Position numbers and translations under genes: made by a program | The notes under the pieces: model-generated | Database searches by the model: none | Told to the model about the DNA's origin: nothing | Seen by the model: only the letters and a program-made list of their open reading frames with translations | Shown here: in pieces, positions 20,156-31,240 of the stretch | Position numbering within the stretch: position 1 is the stretch's first letter | Layout of the letters: each line of letters starts with the position of its first letter | NCBI GenBank assembly: GCA_039189765.1 | Contig: JBCCYL010000004.1 | Span: 64,001 to 128,000 of the forward strand | Direction of reading: 5' to 3' | DNA: 64,000 bases | DNA from: Cyanobacteria bacterium P01_F01_bin.150 | GTDB taxonomy: Bacteria; Cyanobacteriota; Cyanobacteriia; CAKZMO01

Positions 20156-21037
20156 ATGACGATCTATCACTTTTTTCAACAGACTTCCTGGCATAGGGTT
20201 GTTAACCGTTCTAGCCGACCTATTTCTTTCACTATTGCCACAACCCTTCTCCTCAGTGGTGGACTATCGGTCGGCAGTAGCTTGGAGGCGATGGCGATTG
20301 CCTCCCCCCAAGCAACCAGTACCCATCTAATACTAGATAGTCACGCTACCTCCAAATTGGACATCACTTCCTCCCATCTCATTAGTCAAAATGGGGATAT
20401 TCAAAATAACGAGGATATTGATGCCGATGGCACCACAGTGGACAATTCAAGAGGCGATGCCGATCGTTCAACGGAAACTTCATTTAATGATCGCCGATTC
20501 ACTTGTCAGTACAGTGATGGCGAATTCATCGTCATGTATAGTCCCGAGGATGATCCCGACGATTATTACGAGTGGGCCATTCCTAGGGAAATGGGGGGGG
20601 GATGGACACCCGAAAGACGTTGTAATACGATTAGCGATCGCCTAGAAGCCTACCGCCCTGATGGCCTACTCGAACTCCAGACGAGTGAAGAAAATGGCTA
20701 CGATATTGTCTGTGCAACCACCTCAAGAGATTCCGCTTGCCGCATTGTCTTTACGGTCCCCCAAGGCCAAGATCCGTTTGAAACTCGTGACCTGGTCTTT
20801 GAAAACTTAGCCGTAGCCAACAGTAGACAAGAGACCCAAGGCATCCGAACCTTTCAGGCCGGGGCCTCTTCCGGCAATATTCTGGAACAGATTGGGGGAG
20901 AATTAGGATTGAACTTACCGCCCCTTTCAGGTCGATCCCGGCCTTCTTCAGTGTTTTCATCACCTGAACGTTCCAACAGCATTGACCTGCGACCTTTTCT
21001 TTCTCCTTCTGATGGCGGAACCGGGACCGCTCTCTAG
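20156..21037 (+). CDS. COP23-domain secreted protein
   Basis: Signal-like N-terminus, RFTCQ, GGGWTPERRCNTIS and NGYDIVC motifs. Confidence 0.8.
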   Translation: MTIYHFFQQTSWHRVVNRSSRPISFTIATTLLLSGGLSVGSSLEAMAIASPQATSTHLILDSHATSKLDITSSHLISQNGDIQNNEDIDADGTTVDNSRGDADRSTETSFNDRRFTCQYSDGEFIVMYSPEDDPDDYYEWAIPREMGGGWTPERRCNTISDRLEAYRPDGLLELQTSEENGYDIVCATTSRDSACRIVFTVPQGQDPFETRDLVFENLAVANSRQETQGIRTFQAGASSGNILEQIGGELGLNLPPLSGRSRPSSVFSSPERSNSIDLRPFLSPSDGGTGTAL

Positions 21038-21057
21038 TCTTAAGTAATTGTTGAAAT

Positions 21058-21139
21058 GGGCATATCAACTCAAGGTGGGAAATCGGGGCGCGACGTGCCC
21101 TGATTTCCCACAAACTTGTTCTGCCTTTCGTTAAAACCC
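21058..21139 (-). mobile_element. MITE family A copy with perfect 8-bp TSD
   Basis: GTTGAAAT at 21050-21057 and 21140-21147. Internal hairpin GGGAAATCGGGGC/GCCCTGATTTCCC. Confidence 0.85.
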
Positions 21140-21742
21140 GTTGAAATAATTGCTGAAGTTCTGATTAAGGTTGGGGTTGCGATCATCAATTCCGACCTTT
21201 GTACCCTGTGATACCTATTAATGATAGGCTGTTAAAGATTATCAAAGACTTGAAATTTGTTTATTCCTCCTGTTAAAAGTGGGGAATAACTAGTGTACAA
21301 AGCTTTGATTAAACTGTCATTTGTCTGTAGCATAAGCAAGGGCAAAATTGATTTCCTAGGCTTTAGGTTTCTCTTGAATGTCCCTTAATCATCCTTTAAG
21401 TATGGCATTGCTAAAGTACCAATACGGTGATACAGGGAATCCAGTCCTAGCCGAAGTAAAAGCATGGGACGTTCGCGAGCGAAATGCGCCGACTTCCATC
21501 GTTGAGTTTCAACCTGACGAAGGAGATTACTATAAGGCAAGTAAAGTTAATGTTAGTAAAAGCGCAACGCTTCCCTGTTCTATTCTATTACCAAGGGTTG
21601 CGCCCTTGATAGGGCATAGGTATTGAAATTGACTTAATTCCTAGCTTAATGGTGTTTCCTTCCGGGAAAAGTGAAATCAGTTTTGCTTAAGTCTATGGCA
21701 AATTATTTAAATGCCTTATTTTGTTGTGCCTCTTGAGGATTC

Positions 21743-23530
21743 ATGCAGTCGTCAACGTCCAAACGTCGAACTAAAATTGTGGCTACTATTGGTCCTGCCA
21801 CAAGCAAGCCAGAAGTATTACGTGCATTGATTGAGGCCGGGGCCAGCACCCTGAGGCTAAACTTCTCTCACGGTACCCATGATGATCATCAGCGTAATAT
21901 TCACCTTATTCGGCAGTTGTCCTTTGAGCTGAATAAGCCCGTCGCAATTTTGCAGGATTTGCAGGGGCCAAAGATTCGATTAGGACGGTTCGAAAAAGAC
22001 TCCATCGAATTGTCCAATGGTGCCCCTTTTATCTTGACGAGTGAAAAAGTTCCTGGAACCCAAACTATTAGCTCTATTACGTATGAACCCCTCGCGAAGG
22101 AGGTTCCAGTAGGAGCCACCGTGCTTCTAGATGACGGTCGAGTTGAGATGGTGGTAGAAAATGTCTACCCTGAAAAAGGTGAGCTGCACTGCCGTGTCGT
22201 AGTGGGTGGAGTGCTTTCAAACAACAAAGGGGTTAATTTCCCAGGGGTCTACCTTTCTGTTAAAGCCCTAACAGACAAAGACAAAATTGATTTGACGTTC
22301 GGTTTAGATCAAGGGGTTGACTGGATTGCTCTCAGTTTTGTTCGCAATCCTCAGGATGTGCTGGAAATCAAAGAACTTATCGCAGCAGCGGGCAAAAACG
22401 TCCCTGTTGTTGCCAAAATTGAAAAGCATGAAGCAATTGAACAGATGGAGGAAATTCTCTCCATCTGTGATGGAGTAATGGTGGCCCGAGGGGATTTAGG
22501 GGTAGAGGTCCCTGCGGAAGACGTTCCCATTTTGCAAAAGCGTCTGATTCGCACTGCCAATACGTTAGGAATTCCGGTTATTACCGCGACTCAGATGCTT
22601 GACAGCATGGCTGGTAGTCCGCGAGCAACCCGAGCAGAGATATCGGATGTGGCCAATGCCATTTTAGATGGGACGGACGCCGTAATGTTATCCAATGAAA
22701 CGGCTGTAGGAAATTATCCGGTACAAGCCGTGGAGACCATGGACCGGATTGCCCGACGCATTGAGAAAGATCATGGGATGCGTCGCATTTCTGATGATGC
22801 CAAACATTCTATTCCCCATGCCATTAGCAAAGCTGTCGGCAAGATATCCGAGCAAGTGGCGGCAAAAGCCATTATGACCTTGACAAAAAGCGGTGCGACA
22901 GCCCGGAATGTTTCCAAATTTCGTCCCAATACTCCCATTTTGGCCGTCACTCCCCATGTCGAGGTGGCTCGACAACTACAGCTTGTTTGGGGTGTGGAGC
23001 CTCTTTTGGTATTAGACCTCCCTTCTACAGGGCAAACTTTTGAAGCCGCCTTGAATGTGGCTCAGGAAACGAAGGTATTGTCTGAAGGCGATGTGGTTGT
23101 GATGACTGCTGGAGCTCTTCAGGGTGTATCTGGTTCTACTGATTTGATTAAGGTGGAAATTGTCTCAGCTGTTCTGGGCCAAGGCACTGGAATCGGCCAG
23201 GGAGAAGTCAGCGGTCGCGCTCATATTTTGCGAAATGGTATGGACATTGGTAGCTTTATGCCCGGAGACATCCTGATTGCTGCCCATACTAGTGCTGATT
23301 ATGTGGAAGCCATTCGTCATGCCTCTGGGATCATAACCGAGGATGATAGCCTGACAGGTCATGCTGCGGTGGTGGGACTACGCTTGGGCGTTCCTGTTAT
23401 CGTGGGCGTGAAGGATGCTACAACCATGATTCAAGACGGCAGCATCGTTACGTTGGATATAAAGCAAGGGGTTGTTTATTCCGGAACTAAAGCCGCATCA
23501 GGTGCTTTTGATAAAGTATTAGCCAGCTAA
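21743..23530 (+). CDS. pyk: Pyruvate kinase with C-terminal PEP-utiliser (swivel) domain
   Basis: RTKIVATIGP, RLNFSHG, DLQGPKIR, AKIE, MVARGDLGVE and TQMLDSM motifs. Confidence 0.97.
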   Translation: MQSSTSKRRTKIVATIGPATSKPEVLRALIEAGASTLRLNFSHGTHDDHQRNIHLIRQLSFELNKPVAILQDLQGPKIRLGRFEKDSIELSNGAPFILTSEKVPGTQTISSITYEPLAKEVPVGATVLLDDGRVEMVVENVYPEKGELHCRVVVGGVLSNNKGVNFPGVYLSVKALTDKDKIDLTFGLDQGVDWIALSFVRNPQDVLEIKELIAAAGKNVPVVAKIEKHEAIEQMEEILSICDGVMVARGDLGVEVPAEDVPILQKRLIRTANTLGIPVITATQMLDSMAGSPRATRAEISDVANAILDGTDAVMLSNETAVGNYPVQAVETMDRIARRIEKDHGMRRISDDAKHSIPHAISKAVGKISEQVAAKAIMTLTKSGATARNVSKFRPNTPILAVTPHVEVARQLQLVWGVEPLLVLDLPSTGQTFEAALNVAQETKVLSEGDVVVMTAGALQGVSGSTDLIKVEIVSAVLGQGTGIGQGEVSGRAHILRNGMDIGSFMPGDILIAAHTSADYVEAIRHASGIITEDDSLTGHAAVVGLRLGVPVIVGVKDATTMIQDGSIVTLDIKQGVVYSGTKAASGAFDKVLAS

Positions 23531-23714
23531 CGTAATGAGTAATTAAAGAATTCAGGGTGGACTTTCACGTAAATGCAGGTGCTGAAAGATCCACCCTCTG
23601 CTGCCAATTTTGGGCAATATATTTCAGATGAGTTCTACCCTCTCTTCTGAAACGGTGCGTTACGCTATCGACACCATTACCTTCCTTATTGGAGCAAGAT
23701 TAGCCTCCTATCTC

Positions 23715-24917
23715 CTAACCTCGAAGCTTTTCAGACCAAACGCGGGTAGGTAAGCCCCAAACATAAATAAACCCTTCTGCTGCTTTATGGTCGAACTGAT
23801 CTTCAGCTCCGTAAGTAGCTAGGTCAGGAGTGTACAGGGTGTTTTCCGACTTACGACCAACGATCATTGCATTGCCTTTGAACAGCTGCACTTTCACTGT
23901 GCCGGTGACGCGTTCTTGGGTCGTTTTGATAAAGCTGTCAAGGGCTGCCTTTAGGGGGCTGTACCATAGACCGTTATAAACCAGTTGGGAATAGGTCTCC
24001 TCAATACCACGTTTGTATTGAGTCACGTCAGCCGTTAGGGTAAGGCTCTCTAGATCTCGATGGGCTTGAACTAATGTTAATAATGCAGGGGCCTCATAAA
24101 TTTCGCGAGATTTAATCCCCACAAGACGGTTTTCAATTATATCAATTCGACCATAGCCGTGGCGTCCTGCTATTTCGTTGAGCTGAGCAATCAGATCTAC
24201 AGGAGCCAAATCGTTACCGTTCAATTTGGTGGGAATTCCTTGAGTGAAGCTGATATCGACAAATTCTGGCTCGTCAGGGGTGTCAGCGATCGCCGCTGTC
24301 ATTTCATATACTTCTTCTAAAGGAGCATTCCAGGGATCTTCCAATGGCCCTGCCTCAATACTGCGTCCAAGCAGGTTTTTATCAATGCTGTAAGGAGTCT
24401 TTTTCTTGACTGGAGAAGGAATACCAAAACGTTCACCATAGGCGATCGCCTCTTCTCTACTCATGCCCCACTCACGGGCAGGAGCCAACACTTTGATGTT
24501 GGGATTAAGGGCGGAAATTGATACATCAAATCTCACCTGATCATTGCCTTTGCCTGTACAGCCATGAGCCACTGCATCCGCTCCATGCTCATCGGCGACT
24601 TCCACTAGTCGCTTTGCAATTAAAGGTCGTGCCAAAGCAGTGGATAGAGGATATTGATTTTCATACAGGGCATTGGCCTGAATCGCGGGAAATGCGTAAT
24701 CGATAATAAATTCTTCAGTTAAATCTGCTACCAAAGATTCACTCGCTCCGGCAACCAAAGCTTTTTCCTTAATTGGCCCCAGCTCATCCCCTTGGCCCAA
24801 ATCTCCAGCCAACGTAATTACCTCTTTAACTCCCCACTCTTCTTTAAGATAGGGAATACAAACGGAGGTATCGACGCCCCCAGAATATGCCAATACCACC
24901 TTATTTGCGCGACCCAT
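23715..24917 (-). CDS. argG: Argininosuccinate synthase
   Basis: [22 protein letters not shown] and [14 protein letters not shown] motifs. Confidence 0.97.
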   Translation of the reverse strand: MGRANKVVLAYSGGVDTSVCIPYLKEEWGVKEVITLAGDLGQGDELGPIKEKALVAGASESLVADLTEEFIIDYAFPAIQANALYENQYPLSTALARPLIAKRLVEVADEHGADAVAHGCTGKGNDQVRFDVSISALNPNIKVLAPAREWGMSREEAIAYGERFGIPSPVKKKTPYSIDKNLLGRSIEAGPLEDPWNAPLEEVYEMTAAIADTPDEPEFVDISFTQGIPTKLNGNDLAPVDLIAQLNEIAGRHGYGRIDIIENRLVGIKSREIYEAPALLTLVQAHRDLESLTLTADVTQYKRGIEETYSQLVYNGLWYSPLKAALDSFIKTTQERVTGTVKVQLFKGNAMIVGRKSENTLYTPDLATYGAEDQFDHKAAEGFIYVWGLPTRVWSEKLRG

Positions 24918-25055
24918 AACTGCTTAACTCTCGACTATATTTTGTAACAATCTTCCATTATTAGATAAATTGGTTCTTTTCGGCTATCTGGTCTTGATTC
25001 AAAGTTAAATAGACTTAATATTCCTGGGAACACTATTCTTCTCTAAATCATTAAT

Positions 25056-26759
25056 ATGAATGGCTTTAAGTTTTTAGTTGGGCTGTGTTTAGGGATACTG
25101 CTTATTCTGGTTCCTATGAAGACCCAATCTAGCGATGGGTTAAGCGCGGTACGGACATTAGCAGTTCAGCTAGATGGTCGTCAGAAGCCATTGGATACCG
25201 TGGCAGTAGAAACAGTATCTAAAGTTTATGGGGCAACAACCTATCGCTATAAAGATGCTGAAACCCATGCCATTCTTCAAGAAGATGCGCTTCACACCTA
25301 TCTCAACCTGTGGTTGGATATCCGTCACTGGACTGAAGAGCCGATCATTCTGGTCAATTATCGTCGCCTAAAAGACGCAGCAGGACTCACCACTGAGCGA
25401 GAGCACTTTACATTTCAGGAACTGTCGGCAAATGGGAAATTGGCAGACATGATCCAACACGCTCATCAGCCAGAACGAGACGATAAACTGCTTAGTCGCA
25501 AGGAACAAGACGCTTTAATTGTTGAAAACCGAATTAATATCTTAGGGGCCACGATGGATCATCAAACGCTGCCCATCGTCCCTCATCCCACAGAAATCAA
25601 CGGTCAATGGTTTGGTTTAAACGGGGATCAAACGTTGTATTCGCAAGAAGAGATAGAGCTATTGCGGGATCGCTTTGCAATGATACAGCACACCCTTTTA
25701 AGTAATCATGACATTCATTTTTCTACAATCGATTCAATGTTTTCAGAATTGAAAAGAAGTCTGAGGGATTTAAGTCCGGCTGTTTATCCCAGCGATCGCA
25801 CCTTAAAAAGAGAAGTATTTTTCAATCGGTTCCACCCCTTTACCAAAGCCTGGGAACTATATGCGCTTGCCTTTGGGGCCACCCTAATCGGTCTATGGAT
25901 AAAGCCTTGGAATCTATACTGGACGGGTATTGGCCTATGCACTGTCGGAGTTGGGGTGCAGGCTTATGGATTTATCCTCCGCATGGCCATTGGGACACGG
26001 CCTCCTGTAACGAATATGTATGAGTCTGTGGTGTGGGTCGGCTTTGGAATTGCGGCGATCGCGCTCCTATTTGAACTCATAAATCGCTCTCGCTACTACC
26101 TATTGGTTGCTTCACCCCTAGCTATTATGTGCCTCGTCTTAGCCGATAGCCTACCGACTGTGCTTGATCCCAGCATTTCGCCATTGGCCCCTAGCTTGCA
26201 AGATAATCTTTGGCTTAGTATCCATGTACCTGCGGTTGTCCTCAGCTATGCTTGCTTTGCCCTAGCGCTTGGATTGGGCCACGTTGCGTTAGGTAACTAT
26301 CTTTTTACGCCAAACGCTACCCATCGGGTCAAAACTCTTTCCCAACTCAACTATCGAGTATTACAGGTGGGTATTTCACTCCTAACGATAGGGGCTATCT
26401 TAGGAGGATTTTGGGCCAACTTTTCTTGGGGCCGATTCTGGGGATGGGACCCTAAAGAGACCTGGGCGTTGATTGCCCTTCTTTGCTATTTAGTTCCTCT
26501 CTATAGTCGCCTTGTTCGTTGGATTGGAGATTTTGGTCTCAATGTCGCTAGTGTTATAGCCTTTAATGCGGTCCTTATGGCCTGGTATGGAGTGAACTTT
26601 ATCATCGGAGGACTTCATAGCTACGGCTTTGGGACCGGAGGTCCTGGTCTCTTGCTAATAGGAATTGTTGGCCTAGATCTTGTGTTTGTATTCATTACCG
26701 CAGCCCGTCACTATGGTTGGTCTATGGCTGATATCCTAACGACCTCAAAAAACGGATGA
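25056..26759 (+). CDS. Long CcsA-type (System II) cytochrome c biogenesis protein with large N-terminal soluble domain
   Basis: RPPVTNMYES, WLSIHV, WWD motif WANFSWGRFWGWDPKETW, and GLHSY. Confidence 0.85.
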   Translation: MNGFKFLVGLCLGILLILVPMKTQSSDGLSAVRTLAVQLDGRQKPLDTVAVETVSKVYGATTYRYKDAETHAILQEDALHTYLNLWLDIRHWTEEPIILVNYRRLKDAAGLTTEREHFTFQELSANGKLADMIQHAHQPERDDKLLSRKEQDALIVENRINILGATMDHQTLPIVPHPTEINGQWFGLNGDQTLYSQEEIELLRDRFAMIQHTLLSNHDIHFSTIDSMFSELKRSLRDLSPAVYPSDRTLKREVFFNRFHPFTKAWELYALAFGATLIGLWIKPWNLYWTGIGLCTVGVGVQAYGFILRMAIGTRPPVTNMYESVVWVGFGIAAIALLFELINRSRYYLLVASPLAIMCLVLADSLPTVLDPSISPLAPSLQDNLWLSIHVPAVVLSYACFALALGLGHVALGNYLFTPNATHRVKTLSQLNYRVLQVGISLLTIGAILGGFWANFSWGRFWGWDPKETWALIALLCYLVPLYSRLVRWIGDFGLNVASVIAFNAVLMAWYGVNFIIGGLHSYGFGTGGPGLLLIGIVGLDLVFVFITAARHYGWSMADILTTSKNG

Positions 26760-26860
26760 CAGTGAAAGACAAAAAGGCAAAATGTAAAACGCTCCAACGC
26801 CATGAATCTCCAACGTTCCAACCTGACATCACTCCAGCGCCAAAGTTTAAAGTCGTCACC

Positions 26861-27355
26861 ATGAAACGTCGGCCATTGCTCCGATATCTTACCTTGGGCG
26901 CGATCGCATCCTCCCTCCCTATTGCGCTGGCAGCCTGTCACGGTAGTTCTGACAGCACTAACAAGGCTGACAACACTGACAACATTAACGACACCGACCA
27001 AATTGATTCTGTAAAACTTGATTCTGAACCTCGTGAAGATGGATTTGCGGCGGTAGGTACTGTTGCCCAATTAGATAGAGAGGGATTTCTTTTAGAAAGA
27101 GCATCTGCCGCAGGGATGTTACTGGTAATTCGTAATCCTCAAGACACATCGTCTTTGCTCGCAGTCGTTCCCTTTTGTACCCATCAAGGTTGTATCGTGG
27201 ATTGGGAAAACAGTATCGGAGTCTTTGTTTGCCCCTGTCATGATACCCGTTTTAACCCCGACGGTACTGTTGCCAGCGGGCCTGCTCAGGCTCCTCTCAG
27301 TACCTTTGAGACAATGATTGAGGGAGACCTGATTTTAGTGCGAGCCGCTACATAG
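26861..27355 (+). CDS. Rieske [2Fe-2S] protein, Tat/lipoprotein signal (PetC3-like)
   Basis: MKRRPLL...LAAC, CTHQGC and CPCH motifs. A longer start at 26756 overlaps the CcsA-like stop. Confidence 0.85.
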   Translation: MKRRPLLRYLTLGAIASSLPIALAACHGSSDSTNKADNTDNINDTDQIDSVKLDSEPREDGFAAVGTVAQLDREGFLLERASAAGMLLVIRNPQDTSSLLAVVPFCTHQGCIVDWENSIGVFVCPCHDTRFNPDGTVASGPAQAPLSTFETMIEGDLILVRAAT

Positions 27356-27430
27356 AATCTCTCTCCTTCGAACAGAAAATGAGTCTTCCTTGCTAGTTTC
27401 TCAAAATGCTGAAGTTCCTTATTCAACTCT

Positions 27431-28408
27431 TTGCCCATGATTTTAGATGCCCTCAATGATTTGCGGTTACAGTATTTTGTGCTGAGCTTGATAGCGGCGA
27501 TCGCCTTTTACTTTATCCGTCGTAAAATCCTCCTATGGATTAGTCTGGCAATCTTGGCGATGAATGCGATCGCTATTCTGCCCTGGTACGTCCCCAGCTT
27601 TAATCACCCTCAAAATCCAGATGGCCAACCCTTTAGACTCCTGGCGATCAATGTTCTAAATAAAAATCGAGAATATCATCGCGTCATTGACTGGATTGCC
27701 CACGAACAAGCCGATCTAGTGGTGCTATCTGAAGTGATTGCGAAGTGGAATCCTTGGGCAGAAGCTCTATCTGTACTGAAGCAGGACTATTCATATCATG
27801 TGCGTCAGGATGATATGGAAATTGAAGTGTACAGCCGCTGGCCCTTATCCGTTCGACATAAACAATCCTATGGGGAAGAGCAAGACTTCCCAATTGTTAG
27901 GGGATTTCTGGCGTTGGATGTAGATGTGGATGGTCAGCCGGTAATCGCGATCGCAACCCATGCGTTTCCCCAAGTTTTCTTTGGCCGCCAAGGATTCAAC
28001 TTACGCAATCAGCATTTACAAGACCTTGGCGACTACTTATCCACAGTTAATCAGCCATATAAATCTCCTGAGGCAAAGATACCCACTGCATCACCTATTG
28101 AAACAGGCAAAGATGCCCCTATTGAAGTGCCTATTATGGTAGCTGGGGACCTTAATGTGACGATGTGGTCGCCCCATTATCGAATTCTGATGGGACAATC
28201 TAAACTCAAAGATGCCCGCCAAGGCTTTGGGATACTGCCTAGTCAGTCAAGTCTTAATCCTCAAATACCTTTGTTTGCCATTCCCATTGATCATAGTTTC
28301 GTTAGCAGGAATATTGAAGTGGTTGATATTTACACTGGCCCCAATCTTGGCTCTGATCATCTGCCAATTACGACTGATGTAGTACTTCCTATCTTTAAAA
28401 AAGATTAG
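27431..28408 (+). CDS. Endonuclease/exonuclease/phosphatase family membrane protein
   Basis: NV, LSEV, VAGDLN, PIDHSF and GSDHLP motifs. Confidence 0.88.
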   Translation: MPMILDALNDLRLQYFVLSLIAAIAFYFIRRKILLWISLAILAMNAIAILPWYVPSFNHPQNPDGQPFRLLAINVLNKNREYHRVIDWIAHEQADLVVLSEVIAKWNPWAEALSVLKQDYSYHVRQDDMEIEVYSRWPLSVRHKQSYGEEQDFPIVRGFLALDVDVDGQPVIAIATHAFPQVFFGRQGFNLRNQHLQDLGDYLSTVNQPYKSPEAKIPTASPIETGKDAPIEVPIMVAGDLNVTMWSPHYRILMGQSKLKDARQGFGILPSQSSLNPQIPLFAIPIDHSFVSRNIEVVDIYTGPNLGSDHLPITTDVVLPIFKKD

Positions 28409-28546
28409 CTCATTATTGTAGCCTTATCTAAACTCTATTTTCAATGTATTTTCCATAAATTATCACCATGTTATCTCAACAATTGACCATCACCGTGACA
28501 ATACTGAATATACGGGTGTGTTGGATGCTGATCTTTCTATCATCAT

Positions 28547-29254
28547 TTGGCATTTCAAATTAACACTATGATACGCATTGGCCAGTTACTCAAAACTCTG
28601 ATTGAATGGGTCAAACGATTGTTGTGGAGCTATCGAGGAAAAGTTCCCAAACCATTTGTGGCACTCAGAGAAAAGCAATATCCCTTGGGCTTACTAAAAT
28701 TGGTTGAAGGGCGAGATACACTCTGGGCTATTAGAACGTGGATCATTTGCCCACAGGAGCAGAGCGCCAGCAAGGAACGGGCTAAACACAGAAAAAATGA
28801 GCCAATGGATATTCATATTTATTTGGATCTCATTGGTTCTGTCGAAGGGCGAAATCGGTTGCCAAACGTTTCAACAGAATTTTCCCGAACCGCCACCCAT
28901 ACCATCACTGTTTTGAAAGCCAGCCATAGGCTTAGTTACAGTGGAGCCTACGACTACGAGCATCTTTTCTCAGGTCAATATGACTTCCAAGGCCAAATGA
29001 TTACCGCAGCAGAAGTGCAAGCAAGGATTGCCTGCGATCGCCTCGCCATCCTCCGGGGCATGCGATACATTCATGACTCAGCCTGGGAGAATGAAGTAGA
29101 AGAAGTCTACCGACAGATTATGGGGCTAGAAGGACTGCCGTCTACTGAAGCTTTTAAGTTTTGGAGACTATCACAGTCTCGCCATTCCTCCAAAAAAGTG
29201 GGACGAATTCATTCTAGTGCTGGTACAAATATACAGCGTCGGGCAAGACGCTGA
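28547..29254 (+). CDS. Hypothetical protein
   Basis: 235-codon ORF with no recognised motif. Start uncertain. Confidence 0.5.
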   Translation: MAFQINTMIRIGQLLKTLIEWVKRLLWSYRGKVPKPFVALREKQYPLGLLKLVEGRDTLWAIRTWIICPQEQSASKERAKHRKNEPMDIHIYLDLIGSVEGRNRLPNVSTEFSRTATHTITVLKASHRLSYSGAYDYEHLFSGQYDFQGQMITAAEVQARIACDRLAILRGMRYIHDSAWENEVEEVYRQIMGLEGLPSTEAFKFWRLSQSRHSSKKVGRIHSSAGTNIQRRARR

Positions 29255-29480
29255 GTAGCCAAAGGATTAAGTCGGATAAATCATCCGGATTGAGAACACG
29301 ATGGACGAAGAACACTGAAAGTAAAGTTTAAACAGCAGCTCCAGCGAGTGAAGACTATCAAACTTCATTAAAGTTCGTGACTGGAGTCGCAAATACCGCT
29401 ACAATGGGCCATCAAAAGTGACTTGTTTATTTAGACCTTTGTTCAATGACCGCCGATAGAGTTTGTTGTTAGTTTAAGGT

Positions 29481-30329
29481 GTGAGTTTATTGTCTATGCC
29501 TTCTGGTATTACTTACGAGGCGATTGCCCGAACTTCTCCCATTGTGAACAGCTCTTCTCAGGCAAGGAAAGTCCGAAAATCTAACCTTAATTCTAGCCAA
29601 GCGCCACGAAAAGTAGTCGCTGGCTCTGCCAAATCCTCTTCTAAGGTAATTATTTCATTAGAACAAGTCAGCAAGGTTTACAGCAATGGTAGCAAAGCCC
29701 TTAACAACGTCAACTGGCAAATTCGCCAGGGGGATTTCTGGTTTGTAACTGGGCCATCTGGTGCAGGTAAGTCTACGTTACTTAAGCTTTTATATGGTGA
29801 AGAAAAGTGTACCAGTGGCAATATTCTGGTGCAGGATCATTTGGTTTCTGAGCTACGCGGTAATCGTTTATCAAAACTCCGTCGCCATGTTGGAGTGGTG
29901 TTCCAAGACTATAAGCTTATTCCCCGTCGCACCGTATCAGAAAATGTGGCATTCGTACTATGGGCACAGGGATTTACTCGCAAAGAAATCCATCGCCGTC
30001 TAATCCCTACCCTTAAGATGGTGGGATTACATGATAAGGCAGACTCTTTTCCCGATGAGTTATCGGGAGGAGAACAGCAGCGAGTTAGCATTGCTAGAGC
30101 TATTGTGGGCACTCCTCCAATTCTGCTTGCTGATGAACCCACCGGAAATTTGGATGCTCATAACTCCTGGCAAGTGATTAAGATTCTCAGAAAGCTCAAC
30201 AATGTAGGGATTACGGTTATTGTCACTACCCATGATGAGCATTTAGTTCGCATGTCTGACTACCCTGTTGTTCAAATTCGTGATGGTCGCCTTCATCGGA
30301 TGCAGGATTGGGAGTTGGGGCGGGGCTAA
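29481..30329 (+). CDS. ftsE: Cell division ATP-binding protein FtsE
   Basis: GPSGAGKST, GVVFQDYKL, LSGGEQQRVSIARA and LADEPTGNLD motifs. Confidence 0.9.
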   Translation: MSLLSMPSGITYEAIARTSPIVNSSSQARKVRKSNLNSSQAPRKVVAGSAKSSSKVIISLEQVSKVYSNGSKALNNVNWQIRQGDFWFVTGPSGAGKSTLLKLLYGEEKCTSGNILVQDHLVSELRGNRLSKLRRHVGVVFQDYKLIPRRTVSENVAFVLWAQGFTRKEIHRRLIPTLKMVGLHDKADSFPDELSGGEQQRVSIARAIVGTPPILLADEPTGNLDAHNSWQVIKILRKLNNVGITVIVTTHDEHLVRMSDYPVVQIRDGRLHRMQDWELGRG

Positions 30330-30367
30330 ATAGCCAGAACAGGCTCTACTGATCGCCTAAGATACCT

Positions 30368-30895
30368 CTATTGATTAATTTCTAGGGTGTAATCGTAACG
30401 CTGACCTGAATCAAAAGTGCCAACCCATACTTTGTATTCTCCAGAACTCCAATTCTGGCCCGTTATAACTGCATCAGAGTCATTACCATCATCACTACAA
30501 TAGATGGTGTTATCTGGTGCCTCTATCATCAAGGTCGTATCCCCCCCGTTGCTACTTACCTTAATAATCACCTCAGAGAGCAATGTTGTCACCTGCAAGA
30601 TATGATCTGGATTTTGCTCTGCATAGCCAACACAGGGTTGATTATTCTCGCCTTCCTGACTATTCAAAATAGAAAACATCGGAACAGCACCCGCCGTATA
30701 TCCATTCACCGATTCATTTGTCGATGCTGTAATTTGTACCGTTCCAAAATTTGAGTTGGCTCGGGCAGGCACGAGTAATCCCTGGCTAATCACTAATATC
30801 CCTGAGGCGGTCATAATAGACACCACGCGGCAGGTTAATTTCTTCCAAGTATTGCTCGAATGGATTACGTTAGCACGTTGAAGGATCTTACGCAT
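30368..30895 (-). CDS. Secreted PPC-like beta-sandwich domain protein
   Basis: Signal peptide ending ARA, and CVGY...PDHIL...DTTL...CSDD...GEYKVWVG. Confidence 0.65.
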   Translation of the reverse strand: MRKILQRANVIHSSNTWKKLTCRVVSIMTASGILVISQGLLVPARANSNFGTVQITASTNESVNGYTAGAVPMFSILNSQEGENNQPCVGYAEQNPDHILQVTTLLSEVIIKVSSNGGDTTLMIEAPDNTIYCSDDGNDSDAVITGQNWSSGEYKVWVGTFDSGQRYDYTLEINQ

Positions 30896-31240
30896 TTGAT
30901 TTAGTGACTCAACAGGTTGTATTGTGGCTTATCTAGTTGCACATATGGATTGTAGCCGAGCTTGTTGCTTAATCGTTCCCCGATAGGTCACTTCACATGA
31001 CAGGCATACCCTTAAACTCTGGCCTTGAATTCTGGCACAATACCAAATCCTCTATGGGACAGTTTACAAAGTGGAGTTATTTATTCTCTTGGTCCCGGTA
31101 TCCATACGCTACCCTAGTCTTTATAACGCTTTTCTCATGGCATGCCTGCTCATCATCCCTCTAGGCAGATAGGTGAGAGGCACACTAAGCATACTGATAT
31201 TTTTATCCTCACGCTCATCAAGTTTAGGAGATTCTATCCA

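Noticed and set aside
21420..21470. Cobalamin riboswitch (GGT...AGGGAA)
   Set aside because: Lacks the downstream B12-box elements, and pyk is not a typical target.
23652..23680. GGTGCGTTACGCTATCG as a third REP-like family
   Set aside because: Only a short half-palindrome with one weak partial match (~44675). Too little support.
29481..30329. ftsE without adjacent ftsX as an anomaly
   Set aside because: To my knowledge unlinked ftsE and ftsX are common in cyanobacteria.
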